From positions 79,926 through 143,925 of the forward strand of contig JAYOSV010000002.1 of the NCBI GenBank assembly GCA_038139415.1: 64,000 nt of DNA. Direction: 5' to 3'. The notes under the pieces are model-generated. The model saw only the letters and a program-made list of their open reading frames with translations, was not told the DNA's origin and did no database searches. Below are positions 17,399 to 26,877 of this stretch, piece after piece. The position numbers and the translations under genes are program-made. This stretch comes from Verrucomicrobiales bacterium. GTDB taxonomy: Bacteria; Verrucomicrobiota; Verrucomicrobiia; Limisphaerales; UBA1100. Within the stretch, counting starts at the first letter, position 1; every line of letters starts with the position of its first letter.

Positions 17399-19198
17399 CT
17401 ACACCGGTTTCTCATCCGGCTTGTCATCGTTGGAATCCTCGTCCGAGGGTTTTTTCTCCGATTCGTCATCAGGCTGAGAACTCGGAGCAGTTGTTTCCTC
17501 TTCCTCGACGTCTTCATTGTCGGAATCGTGCCCACCTTCATGATTCGCAAATTGCGGTTCCGGTAGGAATCCAGCGACCACCCAGCCCAAGGCGAAGGTA
17601 AAGAAGCCAATGCCGGCGGCGGTGTAGGCCATTTTTTGCGTGCCGGAAAAATCAGTTGGCCAGAAGGATGCGGCGGCAATGGTTGTGGCAATCCACGCGA
17701 AGCTGGTGCCAAACAGTCGTCCTCCTATATTAGCGGCGAAGCTTTCACCGGTGCCACGCAAATGAATCGGGAATAATTTGGGCAGCATGTTCCCCCAGAA
17801 CGTAAATTGGCCGACTACTAGGAAGCCGCACAGGAACATACCGATGTAGGCCGTAGAAAGGCTGTTGGTGATGAGGTAGGCAAAAGTCAACGGTAGGATA
17901 ATCATGCCGGGCAGTTGGAATAAGCGCAGGACCGTACCGGATGGGGCATCCCTAAAGGCTTTGATAACTGAGGTGCAAATGAACCACACAGGCAGGCCAA
18001 GGAGACCGCCATAGATTAGCCCTTTGCCGGCACGAACAAAATGTTCATTCATCGTGCCGTGGAAGCCATTCATACCCTCAAGCACAAGGAAGAACGCCAA
18101 CTGGCTCCACCCAACAAAAGCCCACACACTGGTAGCACCTCGAGCGATGATAGCTATAATTAACAAAGCCATGATGGCGCGCCCGAATAGGCCCCCTACT
18201 TCCTGAACTTTGGTCACCTTGGCGGCGGCCCCTTGCTCGGCACCTTTGGAGGCTTTTATGCCAGCAATCTTGATCACCTTTTCAGGTTTGCCCTCTTCCT
18301 TAGCTTTGGCCTCGGCTTTTTCAGCGGCGGTTGCCGCAGCGGTTACTACTTGAGGGGTGTCTGGTATAATAAGCCGCATTTGCTGGAGCGATCCGAAGGC
18401 CGCGCCGTAGGCGAGGGCAAACAGGATGGTTGCCACGATGGTGGTCTTTTTGAGTTGGGGCGAAAAAAGATCGCTTATTCTGGCGCGCTTTAATTCACCA
18501 GCATCCTTTTTCTTTTGCCATTCCGGTGATTCGGGGAGGAAGGGGCGGATGATGATCAGCGGAATGGCTGGGATCAAACCGCTCATTAAGGTGTACCGCC
18601 AAGCGGCCTGATTGCTCTCATCGGAAATGGCGCCAAACAGACTGGGGATTTCTGGAAGGTGCATGTAGTTGGTGGCCAGCCAGTAGTTCACGATGGCGAC
18701 GGATAAACCACCGACGGATGAAAATGCCTGCGTGTAGCCCAACACTTTTTCGCGTTGCACAGCGTTGGGGAAGAGTTCTGCCAACCACGCCACCGCAGCG
18801 ACAAATTCCACGCAAACACCGATAAACACTAGGCAGCGGAAAAAGAGCAGTTGCCATGGGTTGACGCAAAATCCCGCAAAGAACGCCGCGAAAGCATATA
18901 GCAAAATACTAAAAGTTAGAACGCGCCGACGGCCGAAGCGATCGGTCAGCCAGCCTCCCATTAAACCGAAAATACCACCAACAATGGCCGGTATGAAAAA
19001 GAGTCGGCCGACCCAAGTGAAAAATTCAGGCGTGCCTGGCTGGATGCCCGCGATATCCAGCAAAGCGGATTTGGCAATCAACGGCAGCATCAGCAGCTCG
19101 TAGATGTCGAACAGGAAGCCAATGGTGGCGATGAAGCAGATCAGCCATTGGGTGCGGGTGAGTTTTAGGCCAGAACCGGAAGCTGCGTCAGCGCTCAT
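17399..19198 (-). CDS. MFS transporter with insertions and an acidic C-terminal tail
   Basis: GWLTDRFGRR motif A, PESP and multiple transmembrane segments. Confidence 0.88.
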   Translation of the reverse strand: MSADAASGSGLKLTRTQWLICFIATIGFLFDIYELLMLPLIAKSALLDIAGIQPGTPEFFTWVGRLFFIPAIVGGIFGLMGGWLTDRFGRRRVLTFSILLYAFAAFFAGFCVNPWQLLFFRCLVFIGVCVEFVAAVAWLAELFPNAVQREKVLGYTQAFSSVGGLSVAIVNYWLATNYMHLPEIPSLFGAISDESNQAAWRYTLMSGLIPAIPLIIIRPFLPESPEWQKKKDAGELKRARISDLFSPQLKKTTIVATILFALAYGAAFGSLQQMRLIIPDTPQVVTAAATAAEKAEAKAKEEGKPEKVIKIAGIKASKGAEQGAAAKVTKVQEVGGLFGRAIMALLIIAIIARGATSVWAFVGWSQLAFFLVLEGMNGFHGTMNEHFVRAGKGLIYGGLLGLPVWFICTSVIKAFRDAPSGTVLRLFQLPGMIILPLTFAYLITNSLSTAYIGMFLCGFLVVGQFTFWGNMLPKLFPIHLRGTGESFAANIGGRLFGTSFAWIATTIAAASFWPTDFSGTQKMAYTAAGIGFFTFALGWVVAGFLPEPQFANHEGGHDSDNEDVEEEETTAPSSQPDDESEKKPSDEDSNDDKPDEKPV

Positions 19199-19328
19199 GG
19201 CGGTGGGTTATGTCCGTTTTGAGGGTGAAAAACAAGGCAATAGTACGTGGACGTATGAAATTCTTGTCCACCGTTTCCCCGGAAATCGGGTTGCTTTGCG
19301 GCAGGCCGTTTGCTTTGCTCGCGCGCCC

Positions 19329-20177
19329 ATGCAGCGTTTTGCAACAATTACCGTGATCGGCCGGGATAAGACCGGTGTGGTGGCGCGAGTAACGGAGTTT
19401 CTCTTTGAACAGCAGGCCAACATTGAGGCCTTAGAGGAACAGGTGACGCGCGGCCAGTTCAGCATGGTGATTCAGGCGTCCTGGAAAAAGAACGCGAAAG
19501 CGCCCGCAACACTCAAGCGCTCGCTCAAAACGTTGGGCAAGGAGCTCGGCATGGAAGTGCGCCTGCGCCTCACTGAGCCGGGCAGTAAACAGCGAATGGC
19601 CATCATGGTGACCCGCGAGGAAGGTTGTCCGACGGCGTTGCTGGAGGCGTTTTCCAAGGGGCAGCTTAAGCAGGCTGAACCGGTGGTCATGATCGGCAAC
19701 CGGCCGGATCTCGCGGCCTTGGCCAAGAAATACAAACTGCCCTTTGTGCATGTACCGTGGGGCGACCGGCGGCGCGGCGAGAAGCGCGTGCTGGAGATTC
19801 TCGATAAGCACGAGGTGGATTTCGTGGTCCTCGCGCGGTTTATGAAAATTCTCTCACCGGATTTTGTGTGGCGGTACAAGAACAAGATCATCAACATCCA
19901 TCCATCCCTGCTGCCGAGTTTTCCCGGTCCGCAGGCGTACCGGCAGGCGTATGAACACGGCGTGAAGATAGCCGGAGTCACGGCTCATTTTGTGAGCATG
20001 CAACTGGACGAAGGGCCGATCATTGCTCAGGAAAGTTTCCGCATTAAATCCGGCATGACTCTCAAGCAGATCGTGGCGGCCGGTCAGCAATGCGAGGCCA
20101 AGGCGCTGCTCAAGGCGGTGAAGCTCTATCTCACCAAACGGCTGGATGTGCACTGGGGTGTGGTCAAGGAAGTGTAG
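19329..20177 (+). CDS. purU: Formyltetrahydrofolate deformylase
   Basis: N-terminal ACT domain (GRDKTGVVA); LARFMKIL, INIHPSLLPSF and LDEGPII. Confidence 0.92.
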   Translation: MQRFATITVIGRDKTGVVARVTEFLFEQQANIEALEEQVTRGQFSMVIQASWKKNAKAPATLKRSLKTLGKELGMEVRLRLTEPGSKQRMAIMVTREEGCPTALLEAFSKGQLKQAEPVVMIGNRPDLAALAKKYKLPFVHVPWGDRRRGEKRVLEILDKHEVDFVVLARFMKILSPDFVWRYKNKIINIHPSLLPSFPGPQAYRQAYEHGVKIAGVTAHFVSMQLDEGPIIAQESFRIKSGMTLKQIVAAGQQCEAKALLKAVKLYLTKRLDVHWGVVKEV

Positions 20178-20929
20178 TGAAAATTCTTTCCTGGAATGTG
20201 AACGGTCTGCGGGCCGTGCAGAAAAAGGGATTTGCCGATTGGGTGCGTAAGGCGCGTCCGGATATGCTTTGCCTTCAGGAAAGCCGCGCTTTGCCCGAAC
20301 AGGTGGAACCGGACTGGCCGCGCACGTTCGAGGCGCACTGGAATCCGGCAGAGAAAAAGGGCTACTCCGGGGTACTCACCTTCTCCAAGCCCGCGTCTTT
20401 TAAGGTGACCCGCGGGATCGGCATTGCCGAACACGATCGCGAGGGGCGTGTGCTGACCACGGAGTATGACGATTTCTTTTTGGTGAATGTCTACGTGCCC
20501 AACGCCCAGCGAAGCCTAGCGCGGTTGCCCTATCGGCAGGAATGGGACCGCGACTTTCTAAAATACCTGAAACAATTGGAGCGGCGACTGCCAGTGATCG
20601 TGTGCGGAGATTTTAATGTGTCCCATCAGGAGATCGACCTGACGCATCCGAAGGCGAACCGAAAGAACGCGGGCTTCACCGAAGAGGAGCGCGCAGGGTT
20701 TGACGCGTTTATGGGAGCGGGGTTTATCGATACCTTTCGAGAGTTTGAATCCGGCGGGGGCCATTACACTTGGTGGAGCAATCGACTCAATGCCCGAGAA
20801 CGCAACATCGGTTGGCGGATTGATTATTTTTTGATTTCAGAATGCCTCCGACCGCGGTTGAAGCGCGCCTTTATTTTACCAGATGTCATGGGGTCGGATC
20901 ATTGCCCCGTAGGCATTGAGCTGGCTTAA
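20177..20929 (+). CDS. xth: Exodeoxyribonuclease III / AP endonuclease
   Basis: SWNVNGLR, LQE, GDFN, GWRIDY and SDHCP. Confidence 0.95.
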   Translation: MKILSWNVNGLRAVQKKGFADWVRKARPDMLCLQESRALPEQVEPDWPRTFEAHWNPAEKKGYSGVLTFSKPASFKVTRGIGIAEHDREGRVLTTEYDDFFLVNVYVPNAQRSLARLPYRQEWDRDFLKYLKQLERRLPVIVCGDFNVSHQEIDLTHPKANRKNAGFTEEERAGFDAFMGAGFIDTFREFESGGGHYTWWSNRLNARERNIGWRIDYFLISECLRPRLKRAFILPDVMGSDHCPVGIELA

Positions 20930-20938
20930 GATTGCTTT

Positions 20939-21358
20939 TTAAACGGCTTTGGGCGAGGAGGAGCTCGTCTTTCCCACGGGCCGTTTCCAAATCGGCACGC
21001 GCTCTTTCATTGTGTTGATCAGAAACTGACAGGCCTCGAAACTCTCCGCGCGGTGGGGTGCGATGATCTCCACCCAAAGCGAGGGTTCATTGACCGGCAC
21101 CACGCCCAAACGATGCACCACGCGCACTGATTCAATCGGCCATTGGCGATCGATCTCCTCGAAGATCAATTCAAACTGATGGCAGGCCATGTCATCAAAC
21201 GCCTCGTAATCAATGGCCGTAATGGTCGCTTCATCTTCCTTTGCGCGCACGACGCCGTGGAATACTAGCGCGGCGCCCATGCCATCGCTCATCTCGCGCT
21301 CGGCGATGAGCGCTAGTTCGTCAATCGGATCAGGCGTGAGCGTGAGTTGCGTTTTCAT
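20939..21358 (-). CDS. moaE: Molybdopterin synthase catalytic subunit
   Basis: YEA, HRLG, APHR and K..VPIWK. Confidence 0.9.
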   Translation of the reverse strand: MKTQLTLTPDPIDELALIAEREMSDGMGAALVFHGVVRAKEDEATITAIDYEAFDDMACHQFELIFEEIDRQWPIESVRVVHRLGVVPVNEPSLWVEIIAPHRAESFEACQFLINTMKERVPIWKRPVGKTSSSSPKAV

Positions 21359-21600
21359 CCGCCTTGTACGGGGGGGAAGAGGGATATTTCATCGCCGTCG
21401 TTGAGCGGGAATTCTTCCGATTGATAATCCACTCCGACGGCTTTGAGCGTACTATGTCTCATGTCTCCGAGCACAGGGAATCGCGCGATCACCGCAGAAT
21501 GCGCGTCGCCTAAAGTCGCGCCATCAGGGAGTTCCAGTGAGGTTGAGGCGCATTGGGTGTGATCCTTGAAGTAGGACCAAAATTGAACAGTGACGGTCAT
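21355..21600 (-). CDS. moaD: MoaD/ThiS sulfur carrier protein
   Basis: 81 aa ending in FPPVQGG; overlaps moaE. Confidence 0.9.
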   Translation of the reverse strand: MTVTVQFWSYFKDHTQCASTSLELPDGATLGDAHSAVIARFPVLGDMRHSTLKAVGVDYQSEEFPLNDGDEISLFPPVQGG

Positions 21601-22160
21601 GCGTACACTTCGGGTTTGAGCACGCCGATGAACGGCAGATTGCGATAGCGTTCGGCGTAGTCCAAGCCGTAGCCGACGACAAATTCATCAGGCACCTCGA
21701 AGCCGACATAGTCAGCCGTGACCGATTCCCGCCGGCGTGAGGTTTTCTCCAGTAACACACAGGTCTTGAGGCTGCGTGGTTGCAGGTCGGTTAATTTATC
21801 AAGCACGGCATGGAGGGTTTGGCCGGTATCAAGGATGTCATCCACCAACAGCACATCGCGGTCGCGCGCTTCGAGGCGCAGTTCTTTGGTAAAGACCAAT
21901 TCGCCCGGTGCGGTGTCGTCGCCGTAACTGGACACGCCCATGAAATCCAGCCGCAACGGCAGCGTGACGTGGCGCATGAGATCCGCCAGAAAAGGGACGG
22001 TGCCGGTGAGGAGTGCCACCATCAAGAGTTCTTTGTCGGTATAGTCCCGCTCAATTTCCGTGGCCAATTCACGCACGCGCCTGGCAATTTCTGCTTCACT
22101 GATCAGCACGCTTTGCACCTCCTGACGCAGGTGTTCGGGCGGTGACGTGGCGGCGGGCAT
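21597..22160 (-). CDS. hpt: Hypoxanthine phosphoribosyltransferase
   Basis: VSSYG, VLLVDDILDTGQTL PRPP loop and FVVGYGLDY. Confidence 0.93.
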   Translation of the reverse strand: MPAATSPPEHLRQEVQSVLISEAEIARRVRELATEIERDYTDKELLMVALLTGTVPFLADLMRHVTLPLRLDFMGVSSYGDDTAPGELVFTKELRLEARDRDVLLVDDILDTGQTLHAVLDKLTDLQPRSLKTCVLLEKTSRRRESVTADYVGFEVPDEFVVGYGLDYAERYRNLPFIGVLKPEVYA

Positions 22161-22166
22161 GGCGTA

Positions 22167-22547
22167 TCAAATGTGTTTGGAGTCGTTTTCGTCCTTCTCC
22201 GTGTAGCCGCTGTCTTGCCGCTGGAAGTTGACCTCGTTTTTCTTCAGGTAGGCTTCAAACACATCATCCGCGCTCATGCCTAACACTTGCGCCAGACTGA
22301 TCAGGAAATGAAACAGGTCCACCACCTCAACACGGGCATTTTGCTCATCGAGCTTCTGGTACTTGGCCCACCATTTCCACGGCACACTGTCGGTGAGTTC
22401 GGCGATCTCCTGAGTCATGGCGCGGGAGTAGTTGAGTACCCACTCGGTTTTCTGTTCATCGGTCATGGCGTCAGTATGCACACCGATGCGTTCATTCAGG
22501 GATTTTTGCATGCGAAACAATTCGCGAAGTTGGTCTGGCTGGTCCAT
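22167..22547 (-). CDS. Dimeric (all-alpha) dUTPase family protein
   Basis: QEIAEL, PWKWW, EVVDLFHF and KNEVNFQRQ..GY. Confidence 0.85.
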   Translation of the reverse strand: MDQPDQLRELFRMQKSLNERIGVHTDAMTDEQKTEWVLNYSRAMTQEIAELTDSVPWKWWAKYQKLDEQNARVEVVDLFHFLISLAQVLGMSADDVFEAYLKKNEVNFQRQDSGYTEKDENDSKHI

Positions 22548-22552
22548 GGGCG

Positions 22553-22582
22553 AGGATGCGAAGGGGTGGGAGGCAGCGGCAA
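22553..22582 (-). promoter_or_regulatory. Leaderless-type promoter of the dUTPase-hpt-moaDE operon
   Basis: Minus strand TTGCCG, 18 bp, CATCCT, 5 nt, ATG. Confidence 0.5.
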
Positions 22583-22652
22583 GGGGAAGTTATTCGGCCT
22601 TATTGGCAGGCTTTGAGCGTGACCGCGGCGTGGGCTTGTTTTATAAACGGGA

Positions 22653-23327
22653 ATGCTAGCTGCGACATTGCTGCAGGGTGGGCCGATGGTGTGGGTGTTG
22701 TTGGCCGCCAGCGCGTTAGGGGTGGTGGTGTTCGTGGAACGCCGCCTTACCTATCACCGGGTGCAGATTAACACCACGGCGCTGCTGGGAGGCTTAAAAA
22801 ACGTTCTCAGCCAAAACAACCTCGTGGAAGCCATTGGCATCTGTGACGCCACCCCTAGCCCGACGGCGCGCGTGGTGAAGACGGTTTTGGAAAATCACCA
22901 ACTGGCGCGTGAAGAGGTGAAGGAAATTCTGGAGCAACAAGGCAGTGAGGAGGTGGCGCGCTTGGAACAAAGACTGGGGGTCTTGGCGACACTCGGCCAG
23001 GTCGCTCCATTGTTGGGGTTGTTGGGCTCCGTGCTGGGGTTTATGGAAACGGGCGAAACGGTGATCACTGATCATCACGCTCATTTTGCTAAGGCGATGA
23101 TGCCGCTGGCTCTGGGGCTGGCGGTGGGAGTGCCGTGCTTTGTGGGGTATAACCATCTGGTGGCGGTGGTGGGCAGTATCGTGATCGATATGGAAAAGGC
23201 CGGCTTGCGCGCCTTGCGCATGGTGAGTGAACTGGAACGGCCGACTCGTCGGAGTCGACGCAAAACGTCTTTGCCGAAGAAGGTTGAAGAGGAGGAGTCA
23301 GGTCCGGAATTATTTGAGGAAGCATGA
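22653..23327 (+). CDS. MotA/TolQ/ExbB family protein (divergent)
   Basis: GGPMVWVL, APLLGLLGSVLG and GLAVGVP..VGYN; three transmembrane segments. Confidence 0.85.
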   Translation: MLAATLLQGGPMVWVLLAASALGVVVFVERRLTYHRVQINTTALLGGLKNVLSQNNLVEAIGICDATPSPTARVVKTVLENHQLAREEVKEILEQQGSEEVARLEQRLGVLATLGQVAPLLGLLGSVLGFMETGETVITDHHAHFAKAMMPLALGLAVGVPCFVGYNHLVAVVGSIVIDMEKAGLRALRMVSELERPTRRSRRKTSLPKKVEEEESGPELFEEA

Positions 23328-23746
23328 AGTTTAAGCGCGGTCATCAATTCCTTTGCGATGCCCCTTCAGCAGTGGCGCTGGCGGGTGTGATGTTCATGTT
23401 ACTATTTTACTTGCTGTCCAACTCGGCATTATTGCTTACCGAAGGCGCTTCGCTAGTGCGGTTGCCTGAAGGCGGCTCGGGAATACCCAAGGGGTTTTCT
23501 CATTCTACCGTCGTGGCGATGGATCATCAGGCGCGTTTGTATTTTCGGAATCACCAAATAGAGTTGCCGGAATTGGAAAAGGAATTGGAGCAACTGGCGA
23601 AACGAGCGGGGGGGAGCGGCTTGTTGTTGGTTTTAAAGGCGGACAAGTCCGTTTCCTATGAGAGAATCACGCGCTTGGCGGACGCCGCGCAAGCCGTGGG
23701 CGTACGCCAAACTTGGTTGGCAGCGAGGCCAAGGTTGTTTGAATGA
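23324..23746 (+). CDS. ExbD/TolR family protein (divergent, no transmembrane Asp)
   Basis: Single N-terminal transmembrane segment; periplasmic LKADKSVSY...AA..VG motif. Confidence 0.82.
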   Translation: MKFKRGHQFLCDAPSAVALAGVMFMLLFYLLSNSALLLTEGASLVRLPEGGSGIPKGFSHSTVVAMDHQARLYFRNHQIELPELEKELEQLAKRAGGSGLLLVLKADKSVSYERITRLADAAQAVGVRQTWLAARPRLFE

Positions 23747-24492
23747 GTGAGGCCGGCTCCAGCGAATCCCCTCAATGGGGTTGGTGGGTGGCGGTGGTGT
23801 TCGGGTTGCAGGCCGTATTCTTGTGGTGGGTCTCTTCCGGTGGGAGGGACGAAGGCGAGCGTAATGAAGCGTCATTAGTGCAGGTGGATCTTGAGCTGGT
23901 GGAGACTCTGGCCATCGAAGACCCAATGTCTTTGGGGCTACCGCGCACAAACGGTTTTTCCGCCGTATGGCTAAACCCCACCCCTTTACAACATGAGTTC
24001 GCCCGCTGGACGCCGCCGGAAATCCCATTGTCACCGGAGAGTAACGTGGTCGAGACAATCATTCTGGAAGCCTTGGAAAAAGATCCCATGCCGGAATTTC
24101 GTTCGTTTGAAAAACCAGTGCCGAAGCTCACGCGCATCAGCGTGCCGCCATTGCGTCAGGAAGAAAGGAGCCGATTGGTTTTACGGGGAGGGCTGGCCGA
24201 GCGCACGTTGGTGAAGACGGTTGATTTGAAAGCAGCGTGGAAGCACGACTCTTTTCTGCGGCCGACCCGTGTGCAGGTGGTGGTGGATTCCATGGGGCGC
24301 GTCATGAACGGCGTGTTGCTGGCTGAATCCGGGCACGCCCCGGCCGATACAATGGCAATGGAATTGGCGCTTAAGAAAATCCGGTTTAACGCGGCCCCCA
24401 ACACCACGGCGTACGCTTCTGGGGAACTGGTGTTTCAATGGCACACAGACTCGGCTTCAGTGACCAATGTGACGGAGCGTTTCCCGCGATGA
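23743..24492 (+). CDS. TonB-like energy transducer
   Basis: N-terminal transmembrane segment, Pro-rich linker, C-terminal VVVDSMGRV...ESG...AD..A......RF pattern. Confidence 0.6.
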   Translation: MSEAGSSESPQWGWWVAVVFGLQAVFLWWVSSGGRDEGERNEASLVQVDLELVETLAIEDPMSLGLPRTNGFSAVWLNPTPLQHEFARWTPPEIPLSPESNVVETIILEALEKDPMPEFRSFEKPVPKLTRISVPPLRQEERSRLVLRGGLAERTLVKTVDLKAAWKHDSFLRPTRVQVVVDSMGRVMNGVLLAESGHAPADTMAMELALKKIRFNAAPNTTAYASGELVFQWHTDSASVTNVTERFPR

Positions 24493-24713
24493 CTCCTTCG
24501 GAATTGATCTTTGCGTTTTTGTTCATGCTGTTGGCAGGTTGGGCGGTGGTAGCGTTTTACACGCGTCGTCCGGAATCGGATTTTACTGTTGAATCCAGTG
24601 GGGATCAGGTTTTCCGGTGTGAGGATTGCGACTATGTCTACACGGATGACGCTGATGTGGAGCGCTCGTTATGCCCGGAATGTGGGCGGATGAATAATTC
24701 CGTGCAGTTTTAA
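24489..24713 (+). CDS. Small membrane-anchored zinc-ribbon protein
   Basis: One transmembrane segment, then CEDC...CPECG; ATGA overlap with the upstream gene. Confidence 0.7.
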   Translation: MTPSELIFAFLFMLLAGWAVVAFYTRRPESDFTVESSGDQVFRCEDCDYVYTDDADVERSLCPECGRMNNSVQF

Positions 24714-26281
24714 GCCTGAGTGGCTTTCACCTCGATGACGTCGTGTGGCTTGCTTTCATGCAAGCCGGCGGGACTAAGACGGATGTAACGGGCTTGGCTT
24801 CGAAGCGCTTCCAGATTCGATGCCCCCAAATATCCCATGCCGCTTTGGATACCGCCGGCGAGTTGCTGGAGGGTTTGGTCGGCGGAACCGGAAACTTCCT
24901 TTAGCGCTTCGACCCCTTCGGCGGTGGCTTTGCGGGTTGTGTCCTTATTGGAATGCCCGTACCGGGCGGCGCTGCCGGCTTTCATGGCGGCGAGACTGCC
25001 CATGCCGCGATATTGTTTGTAGCGTTTTCCGCTGATCTCAACGATGTCGCCTGGCGATTCCTGACAGCCGGCCAGGAGACCGCCGCAGATGATGCCGTTG
25101 GCGAGGGTGAGCGCCTTGACGATGTCGCCGCTCTTGGTGATGCCGCCATCGGCGAGGATGGTGACGCCTTTCGAGCGGGCGCTTTGGGCGGCGGTGTACA
25201 AGGCCGTCAGTTGCGGGATGCCCACGCCAGCAACCACGCGTGTGGTGCAGATGGAGCCGGGGCCCTGGCCAATCTTGATACTGTTAGCCCCAGCCGCGGC
25301 TAGGTATTCCACGCCGGCTCCGCTGGTGACATTGCCAGCGATAATGGGCAGGGCGGGGAAAGCGTCTCGAATGAGACGGACTGTGTCGCCTACTCCGGCG
25401 CTGTGACCGTGGGCGGTGGACACGGCGGCTACATCAACGCCGCGATCTACGAGGGCGCCGACATGGTTTACAATGCGATTCTGATCCAGATCGCCGTTCT
25501 TGGTGCGTGTGGCGGATATGGCCGCGCCGCATAGGAGTTGGAACAGGCCGTCCCGCGCCGGTTTGAATTGCGCAGAGGCTTCCTGAGTGATGCGTTCCAC
25601 ATCGCTCAAGGTAAACAGACCGTGCAGGTGGTCGTCATCATCGACCACCAACAGCTTGTTGATGCCGGGATGGTCGGTGAAAAAGCAGTCGGCCACCTCG
25701 ATGGGATCCGGGTCGAGATCTTTTTGATTAATGGTATGAACCTTGTCACGGGGGATGGCGGCCTCGGCGACGCGGCGGTCGGCGTAGCGCGGCTTTACTA
25801 CACTGCCGGATAGTAGGCCGGACAGAAGGCCGCTTTCATTTACGACAGGAAAGGTGCTGAAAGTGTACCGGCGGTCTTCAATGATCTTGAGGACATCACC
25901 CACGCTCAGGTCCGGCGTGACGGTGATGGGTTCTTGGATCAATCCGTGCACATGGTTTTTAACACGGCTCACTTCCTTGAGCTGCTGTTTCTCGGTCATG
26001 TTGTAATGAATGAGACCGAGGCCGCCGTTAAGCGCCATGGCAATGGCCATGCGGTGTTCGGTGACGGTATCCATGTCGGCGGAGACAATGGGTAGGTGCA
26101 GCTCCAATCCCTCGGCAAGTGAGGTGTCCAGCACGGTGTCGCGCGGTAGGGTATTGGAATAAAGTGTCGCGAGGGTGACGTCGTCGTAGGTCAGTCCGAT
26201 ATCGGCATGCCGCAGGAAGAAGGTGTCCGCGGGTAAATAAAACTGGGAATCGGTATCCGAAGGTTTCTGCTCAGCCGCCAT
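24710..26281 (-). CDS. guaB: IMP dehydrogenase
   Basis: [12 protein letters not shown] pair, GPGSICTTR catalytic loop, ADGGI and YRGMGS. Confidence 0.95.
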   Translation of the reverse strand: MAAEQKPSDTDSQFYLPADTFFLRHADIGLTYDDVTLATLYSNTLPRDTVLDTSLAEGLELHLPIVSADMDTVTEHRMAIAMALNGGLGLIHYNMTEKQQLKEVSRVKNHVHGLIQEPITVTPDLSVGDVLKIIEDRRYTFSTFPVVNESGLLSGLLSGSVVKPRYADRRVAEAAIPRDKVHTINQKDLDPDPIEVADCFFTDHPGINKLLVVDDDDHLHGLFTLSDVERITQEASAQFKPARDGLFQLLCGAAISATRTKNGDLDQNRIVNHVGALVDRGVDVAAVSTAHGHSAGVGDTVRLIRDAFPALPIIAGNVTSGAGVEYLAAAGANSIKIGQGPGSICTTRVVAGVGIPQLTALYTAAQSARSKGVTILADGGITKSGDIVKALTLANGIICGGLLAGCQESPGDIVEISGKRYKQYRGMGSLAAMKAGSAARYGHSNKDTTRKATAEGVEALKEVSGSADQTLQQLAGGIQSGMGYLGASNLEALRSQARYIRLSPAGLHESKPHDVIEVKATQA

Positions 26282-26286
26282 GGCCG

Positions 26287-26316
26287 AACCTGCCAGAGGG
26301 AGGGAGGGTTTGGCAA
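26287..26316 (-). promoter_or_regulatory. Leaderless-type promoter of guaB
   Basis: Minus strand TTGCCA, 18 bp ending in TGG, CAGGTT, 5 nt, ATG. Confidence 0.55.
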
Positions 26317-26326
26317 GGCGGAAGTG

Positions 26327-26812
26327 TCAGTCGGCAAGAATCCGCCGGGCGATATCACTGGAGGATTTGCCGGGCACATGGCCAAGCACGGTGATGCGGC
26401 CGCCCTGCGCGGCGATCACGGCTCGTTCCTCGGCGGGCAGATCTTCTACCTCATAATCGCCGCCTTTTACATAAACATCGGGTTGGGCCAGTTCTAGAAA
26501 AGTGGTCGCGCGGAGTTCGTCGAAAATGAATACCGCATCCACGGCTTCGAGGGCGGCGATCACGGCGGCGCGGTCGGCTTCGGAATGGATAGGGCGATCG
26601 GGGCCCTTGAGCTCGCTGACGGAACGGTCACTGTTTAAGCCTACCATCAGGGCACCGGCTTCATTGCGCGCGGCCTGCAGGTAATTCACATGGCCGGCAT
26701 GCAGAATATCAAAACAGCCGTTGGTGGCGGCCAACGGTATGCCTTGAGCGCGGAGTGCCTCGCGCCAGGCGGGCAGGGAATCTGCGGTGTGGATTTTATC
26801 CTGAAAATTCAC
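26327..26812 (-). CDS. ADP-heptose synthase adenylyltransferase domain (RfaE/HldE domain II)
   Basis: TNGCFDILHAGH, GLNSD.SV..LKG..RP and VKGGDY. Confidence 0.88.
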   Translation of the reverse strand: MNFQDKIHTADSLPAWREALRAQGIPLAATNGCFDILHAGHVNYLQAARNEAGALMVGLNSDRSVSELKGPDRPIHSEADRAAVIAALEAVDAVFIFDELRATTFLELAQPDVYVKGGDYEVEDLPAEERAVIAAQGGRITVLGHVPGKSSSDIARRILAD

Positions 26813-26842
26813 CGGACGAATTCTGCCGCAGTGTACAAGGAC

Positions 26843-26871
26843 TTGTCAATCGAGCGGGCGCGGCGTAGATT
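26843..26871 (+). promoter_or_regulatory. Leaderless-type promoter of the DUF151-holA-STAS operon, overlapping a divergent promoter
   Basis: TTGTCA, 17 bp, TAGATT, 6 nt, GTG. Minus strand reads TTGACA, 18 bp, CAGAAT, 7 nt, GTG. Confidence 0.65.
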
Positions 26872-26877
26872 CGGGAC

